DNA of 64,000 nucleotides from Negativicutes bacterium (lineage in GTDB: Bacteria; Bacillota; Negativicutes; UBA1444): assembly GCA_963665275.2 (NCBI GenBank), contig CAXXIN010000014.1, positions 5,430 to 69,429 of the forward strand, given 5' to 3'. The translations under genes were made by a program, and so were the position numbers. The notes beneath the pieces were generated by a model. That model was not told the origin of the DNA. It searched no databases and was given only the letters and a program-made list of their open reading frames with translations. Shown here piece after piece: positions 56,854 through 64,000 of this stretch (positions are counted from its first letter, which is position 1; each line of letters opens with the position of its first letter).

Positions 56854-58464
56854 ATGAATGCGAAAGCATTAGAATCTTTTGTCCAATTGTTATACATACG
56901 AAACATGGTGGATCGGGAGCAGATCTTGTTGGAAGCTGTTCGAGTCGTTCGGACTTTTCAACAGCTGCACAACCGACAAGAAACCATTTCCGACACACCG
57001 GAAGATAAAGAACTCTTGTTTGCTGAAATGCAAAGTGTTTCGGAGTCTTCCGAATTGGGACACTTTCCCGGTGATCGGGAATTTTTCTACAACCTCTTTG
57101 CGGTTGCATGTGAACTCGACCTGATAGAGTTGCTGGTCAAGTCCGGCCGAAACGACCGCACAGGAATGCTGGCGCCCGCGTATCTGGTCGAATATTTGGC
57201 CGGTGGGATTACAAAAGACACCGCCCGGGTTTTCGTGGCAGAAGCTGAAAAATTTGCCGAAGGTCTGCAAAAATTAATAGCAGAGAATCCCAAAGTGGAA
57301 TTTACATTAACGACGGAAAAGAAAATACATTATCTCCTCCTGGTAACGGCTTTTTCACAAAACCATAATGTCCGGATACTGAATCAATCGATTTATCGTG
57401 AACTGTTACATAAAGACAGCTATGATTTATTGCTCACCATTCCATCGTTTGGCAATCGTTATAACTCGGAGGAATCCAACAATAATTTTATCACTCGAGA
57501 CTCGGAATGCATCGCCGTGGAAAACCTCCTCCGCCATCTTGGCGAGCGCGGAAAACTGGCCGCAGTGTTGCCTGCCAAAGTAACCTTCGCCAGCGGTCCG
57601 GTTCAGGAGTTTAGACAATGGATCATGGCCGACTATCACCTGGAAGCCATATACTCTCTGCCAGAAGGAATCTTCCGGCCCTATGCTGGCATCAAGACGT
57701 ATTTAATGGTTTTTGACGCAAAAACGACGATAGGGGTTACAGTCGGCAAAATAATCGATGAGGACTATAGACTGCTAGTCAAACAAAAGCAATGGATTTC
57801 CGACGTAGAATTCAACGGGCACGAAGATTGGCGGACAGAAATATATCTCGCCGATGATAACGAAGCCATCCAGAAGTTTAAAACCTCCGGTCTCGAAAAA
57901 ATCAAACTCAAGGATGTGGCAGAAATCTTCCGGGGCAAGTCCGTGCTCAAAGATGATCTGCAGCCAGGAAAAATAAGAGTCCTGAATATATCCAACATGG
58001 ACGAAGGCGAACTCATCTTCGACGAAATGGACACCATCCACGAAGAAATTCGCAAGGTGAAACGGTATCAACTGGAATCTGGCGATATCGTGCTAACCTG
58101 TCGGGGGACATCAAACAAAGTCGCCGTCTTCCCGGAAACAGAGCATGTGGTCATTGCCTCGGCAAACATCATCGTGCTGCGTATCAAAGAAAAGATCGCG
58201 CCTCAATATCTGAAAATATTCCTGGATAGTCCGATCGGACAAATGATGATCAAGAGTTTTCAACGGGGAACCACGATGATGAACATCAACCCCAACGACA
58301 TCGGCGAAATGGAGATTCCGCTGCTGCCCATGGAAAGACAACAAAGTCTCGTTCGGCAGTTTCTGGCAGAACAGGAACGATATCGGCGGGAAAAAGCGGA
58401 AATTGAACAGCGATGGGAAAAAGAACGCTCGGAACTATACAATAATTTTGTAAGGGGATGCTAA
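56854..58464 (+). CDS. Degenerate N6-adenine MTase-like domain fused to a single HsdS-type target recognition domain
   Basis: 536 aa. The MTase-fold landmarks are present, but motif I reads [10 protein letters not shown] and motif IV reads TIPSFG where NPPF/Y is expected. The C-terminus is a Methylase_S-like TRD plus a coiled-coil helix. The stop is 1 nt before the hsdM ATG. Confidence 0.8.
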   Translation: MNAKALESFVQLLYIRNMVDREQILLEAVRVVRTFQQLHNRQETISDTPEDKELLFAEMQSVSESSELGHFPGDREFFYNLFAVACELDLIELLVKSGRNDRTGMLAPAYLVEYLAGGITKDTARVFVAEAEKFAEGLQKLIAENPKVEFTLTTEKKIHYLLLVTAFSQNHNVRILNQSIYRELLHKDSYDLLLTIPSFGNRYNSEESNNNFITRDSECIAVENLLRHLGERGKLAAVLPAKVTFASGPVQEFRQWIMADYHLEAIYSLPEGIFRPYAGIKTYLMVFDAKTTIGVTVGKIIDEDYRLLVKQKQWISDVEFNGHEDWRTEIYLADDNEAIQKFKTSGLEKIKLKDVAEIFRGKSVLKDDLQPGKIRVLNISNMDEGELIFDEMDTIHEEIRKVKRYQLESGDIVLTCRGTSNKVAVFPETEHVVIASANIIVLRIKEKIAPQYLKIFLDSPIGQMMIKSFQRGTTMMNINPNDIGEMEIPLLPMERQQSLVRQFLAEQERYRREKAEIEQRWEKERSELYNNFVRGC

Positions 58465-58465
58465 G

Positions 58466-60004
58466 ATGGCGGAGAATGCGAATGGTGCAACACTTGGCTT
58501 TGAAGAAAAACTGTGGCAGGCTGCGGACAAAATGCGCAACAATATGGATGCGGCCGAATACAAACATGTTGTATTGGGCCTACTGTTTTTGAAATACATT
58601 TCCGACGCATTCGAAGAAAAATACGAAGAGTTGAACAAGGATGCACTGTCTGATCCAGAAGACCGAGACGAATATACGGCAGTAAATATTTTCTGGGTCG
58701 CCAAAGAAGCCCGCTGGAACTTTATCAAGGAAAGTGCAAAAAGCCCGAAAATCGGTCAGATCATCGATGAAGCCATGGTGGCCATCGAGAAAGATAATTC
58801 CAATCTCAAAGGGGTACTGCCAAAAGATTATGCCCGGTCCACGCTGGACAAAACCCGGCTGGGTGAACTGATCGATATTCTTTCCTTCAATATAGGGGAT
58901 AAGGAGAGCCGGTCGCAGGATATCTTGGGCCGAGTCTACGAATACTTCCTCTCCAAATTTGCAAGCGCCGAAGGTAAAAACGGCGGTGAATTTTATACGC
59001 CGCAGTGCGTAGTAAAACTGCTGGTGGAAATGATCGAGCCGATGAAAGGGAGAATCTATGACCCCTGCTGCGGATCAGGCGGCATGTTCGTGCAAAGCGA
59101 GCGCTTCCTGAGTGCGCATAGTGGCAAGCGCGGCGATATTTCGGTATACGGGCAGGAATCCAATCCCACGACCTGGCGGCTGTGCAAGATGAATCTGGCC
59201 ATTCGAGGCATCGATGGCAAGCTCGGCGACTACAATGCCGATTCCTTCCATAATGACCTGCACAAAAGTCTGAAGGCGGACTATATCCTGGCGAATCCCC
59301 CCTTCAACATCAGCGACTGGGGCGGCGCGAAACTGACCGAGGATGTCCGCTGGAGCGGCTACGGCATACCGCCGGCCGGTAACGCAAACTACGCCTGGAT
59401 TCTGCACATGCTCTGGCATTTGGCTCCCAGCGGCATTGCTGGATTTGTCCTGGCCAACGGTTCCATGTCGACGTCAACGACGAGTGAAGGTGAAATCCGA
59501 AAACAGTTGGTGGAAAAGGACAACGTCGACTGCATCGTGACCCTGCCGGGGCAGCTGTTCTATTCGACGCAGATTCCGGTATGTCTGTGGTTTGTGACCA
59601 AGAATAAGGCGGCGAAGGGACACCGCAGCCGCAATGGCGAAATCCTGTTCATCGACGCGCGGAAACTGGGCACCATGGCGGACCGGACCCATAAGGAATT
59701 TTATGACGAGGATATTAAAAAGATTGCCGATACCTACCATTCCTGGCGCGGTGAAGAAGGGACCGGAGAGTATGCGGATGTCAAAGGTTTCTGCAAAGCA
59801 GCGAAGCTGGAAGAAGTCCGGGAACACGAATATATCCTGACGCCGGGGCGATATGTGGGGATCGAAGACGTGGAGGAAGACGCCGAGCCGTTCGAGGAGA
59901 AGATGACGCGCCTGACGGGGGAATTGGCCGAGATGTTTGCCAAGTCGCGGCATTTGGAAGGCGAGATTCGGCAGCGGCTGGGGGCGATCGGGTATGAGTT
60001 CTGA
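58466..60004 (+). CDS. hsdM: Type I restriction-modification system methyltransferase subunit
   Basis: HsdM N-terminal domain ([34 protein letters not shown]), motif [11 protein letters not shown], motif IV LANPPFN. Confidence 0.95.
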   Translation: MAENANGATLGFEEKLWQAADKMRNNMDAAEYKHVVLGLLFLKYISDAFEEKYEELNKDALSDPEDRDEYTAVNIFWVAKEARWNFIKESAKSPKIGQIIDEAMVAIEKDNSNLKGVLPKDYARSTLDKTRLGELIDILSFNIGDKESRSQDILGRVYEYFLSKFASAEGKNGGEFYTPQCVVKLLVEMIEPMKGRIYDPCCGSGGMFVQSERFLSAHSGKRGDISVYGQESNPTTWRLCKMNLAIRGIDGKLGDYNADSFHNDLHKSLKADYILANPPFNISDWGGAKLTEDVRWSGYGIPPAGNANYAWILHMLWHLAPSGIAGFVLANGSMSTSTTSEGEIRKQLVEKDNVDCIVTLPGQLFYSTQIPVCLWFVTKNKAAKGHRSRNGEILFIDARKLGTMADRTHKEFYDEDIKKIADTYHSWRGEEGTGEYADVKGFCKAAKLEEVREHEYILTPGRYVGIEDVEEDAEPFEEKMTRLTGELAEMFAKSRHLEGEIRQRLGAIGYEF

Positions 60005-60033
60005 AAAGGAAAGATTAGTATTGGGATGTGATT

Positions 60034-61242
60034 ATGTTGAATGAAAAAAACACGGTGTGGAAAGACACGGTGCTTGGTATATTTATTTCCATTCAACGGG
60101 GTCATGATCTGCCAGAGCAAAACCGCAATAGTGGTGAAATTCCAATAATCGGATCCTTCGGAATTACTGGCTTTCATAATAAATCCATAGCTCAAGGTCC
60201 CGGAGTAACTATTGGTCGAAGTGGCGCGTCCATGGGTGTTGTGTCTTATTCCGACAAAAATTATTGGCCGCTAAATACCGTTTTATATGTCACAGATTTC
60301 CATGATAATGATCCTAAATTCGTTTATTACCGCTTAAAAACGATTGATTTTACAATATATAATTCTGGCAGTGCGCAACCATCATTAAATCGAAATTATA
60401 TATATTCGGTTCCATTATGCATTCCAAATAAAAACGAGCAACGTGCCATCGCAGCCACCCTCTCCGCCCTCGACGACAAAATCGAAATCAACAACCGCAT
60501 CAACAAAACCTTGGAAGAAATGGCCCAGGCCCTCTTCAAGCGATGGTTCGTCGATTTCGAGTTTCCGGACGAAAATGGCTTGCCGTACAAGTCCTCCGGC
60601 GGGGAGATGGAAGAGAGCGGACTGGGGCCGATTCCGAAGGGGTGGAAGGTTGAATCACTCGATAGTATCGCGGATTATTTAAATGGACTTGCTATGCAAA
60701 AATATCGACCTGAAGGCGAAGAGTTTTTACCTGTTATTAAGATTCGTGAACTCAATCAAGGGAAACCTGATGGACAAAGCGATAAAGCCAGCCCCAATAT
60801 TGATTCTAAGTACATTGTTAATGATGGTGATGTTTTATTTTCATGGTCGGGAAGCCTAGATGTGAAAATATGGTGCGGAGGTAAAGGCGGTTTAAACCAA
60901 CATTTGTTTAAAGTGACATCTGATCGATATGAAAAATGGTTTTACTATTTGTGGACCAAGCACCATCTTGAAAAATTTCGCGGAATTGCACAGGATAAAG
61001 CAACTACCATGGGACACATACAAAGAAAACACCTTAAAGAATCTTTGGTAGATGTTCCTGCGCAAGATGTTTTGGGGAAAATTAATTCGATAATGCGGCC
61101 GATTTTTGACCTTTATATCACAAGAGAAATTGAAGCAGCGACCTTGGTGGCAATAAGAGACACCCTATTACCCAAACTTATCAGTGGCGAAATCCGTATG
61201 GATAGCTCATTTGCGGAGGACATCGGTAATGGAGAAAGTTAG
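60034..61242 (+). CDS. hsdS: Type I restriction-modification system specificity subunit (two TRDs)
   Basis: Two TRDs separated by a central conserved helix (EQRAIAATLSALDDKIEINNRINKTLEEMAQALFKRWFVDFEFP), plus a distal helix (TLLPKLISGEIR). Confidence 0.93.
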   Translation: MLNEKNTVWKDTVLGIFISIQRGHDLPEQNRNSGEIPIIGSFGITGFHNKSIAQGPGVTIGRSGASMGVVSYSDKNYWPLNTVLYVTDFHDNDPKFVYYRLKTIDFTIYNSGSAQPSLNRNYIYSVPLCIPNKNEQRAIAATLSALDDKIEINNRINKTLEEMAQALFKRWFVDFEFPDENGLPYKSSGGEMEESGLGPIPKGWKVESLDSIADYLNGLAMQKYRPEGEEFLPVIKIRELNQGKPDGQSDKASPNIDSKYIVNDGDVLFSWSGSLDVKIWCGGKGGLNQHLFKVTSDRYEKWFYYLWTKHHLEKFRGIAQDKATTMGHIQRKHLKESLVDVPAQDVLGKINSIMRPIFDLYITREIEAATLVAIRDTLLPKLISGEIRMDSSFAEDIGNGES

Positions 61243-62506
61243 AATTGAATCAATTGGTGATTTCGTGGAAATATTAAGCGGTCTCCGAACACTCTTGGCG
61301 GAAGAAGGCAACGACAAAATTGCTTTCTTCCGGGGGCAAAAAAATTCCGGCTGGGAAGAGATTTATCCGAGTGTCTTTCGCGCCCCATATTTGATGGCTG
61401 AAAATGAATTATATTACAATCTGTCGATGAAATGCCCAGAAGCAATACCAGCTAATTTTTCGATTATAGATAAACTGGTGCTTATGCAGCATTATGGATT
61501 ACCCACGCGACTTCTTGATGTTACAACCAATCCTTTAGTCGCTTTATTCTTCGCTTGCCAGAAAAACACCGAACGAGTACCAGCGTCTGAGAACTGTGAA
61601 ATGAGTCATGAAGGCTGCTTTCGGGAAATCGAAACAGACGGAGAAATCCTTGTTTTACGTGATTATCGTCCTCAACAAACCGGATTTGAGAGAGCAAGCG
61701 TTATTGCTGCATTGGCAGAAATTAATTATCAGTTTACCCTGGGCGAGTTAAAAATGATCATAGATCGGCGAGGGTTAGGGACGTATTCAATATCAAGTTT
61801 GTCCGATATGTTGCAGCAAAGCTTGCCAATAAACACAAGAATGAATAACGAAAGAATTAAGAGACAATCAGGAGCGTTTATTATTTGCGGAACGCATCTG
61901 AATTTTGAAGATACTAACTCTGACGATTCTGTGGCGGTGAAGAAAGCAATTAATTTGCGGACCCGATTTGAACAAGACGCTGGGGTACGCTACGTGGTTG
62001 CGTGGGATAAGAAAGAGCAAATATTGGAAGAGCTTGATTTCATAGGAATCAATGAATCCTTCCTTTATCCGGAAATAGAGTATCAGTCCAAGTATATTAG
62101 AGAGCATCAAATAAGGAATATCCAGTTTGATAGCGGGATCGATGGCGCTGAGCGAACGAAATTAGCAGAAGAGCTAGAAGAAGTGAATTTATATGTATCG
62201 CCTGAAAACCTTGAACGTTTTGCAGAAAGAGCGAAGATAGAAATACTTCTTATATTACAAGGCGTTGAGCAGAAAGAAATAATAACAGATTATATTGGCG
62301 AGATACTAAGAAACAACTTGGATGTGGATTGGATAAATAGAGAGGCCAGCAAGGCCAAAATTGCAGTAGCGATTAAGCGCGTATTCAGGGAACACACAAC
62401 GCTCGATTTTGTTCGAGTGAAAAAACTTATAGATGACATTCTTTTAATTGTTGAAGATTGCTATCATAAATGCGCAGCTTCACAGGAGGTACCTGAAAAT
62501 GTTTGA
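61229..62506 (+). CDS. FRG domain protein with an unassigned C-terminal region of ~200 aa
   Basis: IAFFRGQKNSGWEEIYPSVFR and LVLMQHYGLPTRLLDVTTNPLVALFFA are FRG-domain landmarks. The start overlaps the hsdS end by 14 nt. Confidence 0.85.
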   Translation: MEKVRIESIGDFVEILSGLRTLLAEEGNDKIAFFRGQKNSGWEEIYPSVFRAPYLMAENELYYNLSMKCPEAIPANFSIIDKLVLMQHYGLPTRLLDVTTNPLVALFFACQKNTERVPASENCEMSHEGCFREIETDGEILVLRDYRPQQTGFERASVIAALAEINYQFTLGELKMIIDRRGLGTYSISSLSDMLQQSLPINTRMNNERIKRQSGAFIICGTHLNFEDTNSDDSVAVKKAINLRTRFEQDAGVRYVVAWDKKEQILEELDFIGINESFLYPEIEYQSKYIREHQIRNIQFDSGIDGAERTKLAEELEEVNLYVSPENLERFAERAKIEILLILQGVEQKEIITDYIGEILRNNLDVDWINREASKAKIAVAIKRVFREHTTLDFVRVKKLIDDILLIVEDCYHKCAASQEVPENV

Positions 62507-63213
62507 AAAAATTGATCAGAACAAGGCTCGCATTGACGCGCTGCGTCCGATGCAGGGCAGCTTGCTCACACAGATTCGAGACTATTACAAAATCGGCCTG
62601 ACCTACTCCAGCAATGCGCTCGAAGGCAACTCCCTCACGGAAACGGAACCAAAGTTTTGTTGGAGGACGGCCTGACTGTCGGCGGCAAGCCGATCAGGGA
62701 CTACTACGAGGCGACGGGTCACGCCAAGGCCTATGACTATATCTATACGCTCATGCAAGGCGAAGAACTGGGCGAAGTGCAGCTGAAAACCATCCACCGT
62801 CTGTTTTATTCCCTGATTGATGAAGCGCAGGCCGGGCAGTACCGCAAAGAAAGGGTCATTATCTCTGGGTCGAAGTATCCGGTGCCGCACCGGAGAAGGT
62901 CCAAGCACTCATGAACGGTTTTTTTCACTGGTTGTCTACGCAGGAAAAGCTGATGCATCCGGTGGAATTCGCCGCGAAGGCGCACAAGGAATTTGTCTTT
63001 ATCCATCCTTTTGTGGACGGTAACGGCCGGGTGGCGCGGCTGCTGATGAATCTTTGCCTGTTGCGGCAGGGGTACACGATGGCGATCATTCCGCCGGTTC
63101 TGCGAGGCGACTACATCGCTCTGCTGGAAAAAGCGCATGAGGACGACACCGCCTTTGTGAACTTCATTGCCGAACGGGTGGAAGAAACGCAGAAGGATTT
63201 GCTGCGGCTTTAA
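62499..63213 (+). pseudogene. Fic family protein (class II, intrinsic inhibitory helix), two 1-nt frameshifts
   Basis: Three ORF pieces (62448..62675, 62657..62914, 62911..63213). N-terminal SNALEG inhibitory motif and active site HPFVDGNGRVARLLMN. Shifts near 62648 and 62885. The start overlaps the FRG stop by 8 nt. Confidence 0.85.
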
Positions 63214-63265
63214 AATAGCGGGGTCTTCTGGACAGGGTCTGATTTTGTTGGGGGGGTGCGATTCG

Positions 63266-64000
63266 TGACGGCGTATAATTTCAATGAATCCGAATTGGAG
63301 CAGGCGGTGCTGGAGTGCTTCCAGGAACTCTATTACGACATTCAGCAGGGACCGGAGATTTCACCGGGCGGTGCTTATCCGAACGGGACGACTACAACCT
63401 GGTGATTCTGCAAGACCGTCTCATGAATGCGCTCCGGCGAATCAATCCGAAAATGCCGACGGAAGCATTGGAGGACGCCTATCGCCAGGTCGTCATCGCC
63501 AAAAGCCCCAGCCTGATTGTGAATAATAAGGAGTTCTATCGCCTTATCACCGACGGAGTCAACGTAGAAGTCCGGCGGGCGGATGGATCCATCAAGACGG
63601 ACAAGGTGTGGTTGTTCGATTTTTCGGATGAAGGAACGGACAATAACGATTGGCTGGCCGTCAACCAATACACCGTGATTGAAAATCATAACCATCGCCG
63701 GCCTGATGTGATCGTTTTCATCAATGGGATTCCGCTGGCGGTGATTGAATTGAAGAGCACCTCCGATGAAAATGTGGGGGTTACCGAAGCCTTCCGGCAG
63801 TTTGAGACCTATAAAAACGAAATTCCCTCTCTGTTCATCTACAATTCATTTCTGGTGATCAGTGATGGCGTGAATGCAAAAGCGGGAACCCTGACCGCCA
63901 ATGAAGATTGGTTCATGCCCTGGCGGACCATCGATGGCGTGGAGGTTGCCCCAACAGCGCTGCCGCAGCTGGAAGTGCTGATCAAGGGAATGTTTGATAA
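63266..64000 (+). pseudogene. hsdR: Type I restriction enzyme R subunit, N-terminal part (continues off-window), 1-nt frameshift near 63378
   Basis: VTAYNFNESELEQAVLECF..., then in another frame ERDDYNLVILQDRLMNALRRINPKMP...RRPDVIVFINGIPLAVIELKS (nuclease motif). That frame is open to the window end. Confidence 0.88.

Larger units (their letters stand above)
46186..64000. mobile_element. tRNA-Lys-associated integrative island (satellite/cryptic prophage-like) carrying defence cargo; right end not in window
   Basis: A tyrosine integrase lies next to the tRNA 3' end, followed by a cI/Xis switch, a replication-like module, an antirepressor, an amidase and a type I R-M operon. No capsid, tail or terminase genes. 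Composition is mosaic. Confidence 0.7.

Overview
Replication-origin region of a Firmicutes-type chromosome (Clostridia/Negativicutes-like synteny), followed by a tRNA-Lys-integrated accessory island. All calls come from reading the sequence and the ORF track by eye; no searches were run.

**Core region (1-46.2 kb)**
- Minus strand: gyrB', remB, DUF721, recF, yaaA, dnaN, dnaA, with a bipartite oriC.
- Plus strand: rpmH, rnpA, yidD, yidC, jag, mnmE, mnmG, rsmG, noc, soj, spo0J.
- Then a degenerate fumarase/aspartase-like protein, DUF4446, an M23 peptidase, bactofilin, selA and selB.
- A ykkC-family riboswitch precedes a three-gene split glutamate synthase, followed by livHMGF and a CBS-ACT protein.
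- selD carries an in-frame UGA (Sec). It is followed by yedF, DUF3343, DUF951, ychF, rpsF-ssb-rpsR, DUF2232, a GdpP-like protein, rplI, a Lon-like protease, dnaB, an FAD protein, purA and tRNA-Lys(CUU).

**Two technical or biological oddities**
- The dnaA-gyrB block is much more AT-rich than everything beyond about 6.2 kb.
- Positions 6.1-11.8 kb are riddled with single-base indels that break essential genes.

**Accessory island (46.2 to >64 kb)**
- Lysogeny and replication genes: integrase, a cI/LexA-like repressor, an Xis-like HTH protein, and an origin-like site (two perfect DnaA boxes plus a palindrome) next to a wHTH gene.
- Cargo: a GC-rich structured noncoding segment, a membrane ankyrin-repeat protein flanked by 35-bp perfect repeats, and a VbhA-like small protein.
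- Further cargo: 4 x 11-bp iterons, a Bro-N/KilAC antirepressor, an amidase and a DUF1659-DUF2922-YvrJ unit.
- The island ends in a type I R-M operon with three non-canonical members: a catalytically dead MTase-like/TRD fusion, an FRG protein and a Fic protein.

**Best candidates for an undescribed system**
- The augmented R-M operon (56.8-64 kb).
- The ankyrin cassette together with the candidate ncRNA (50.2-52.6 kb).

No rRNA, CRISPR array or transposase was seen.
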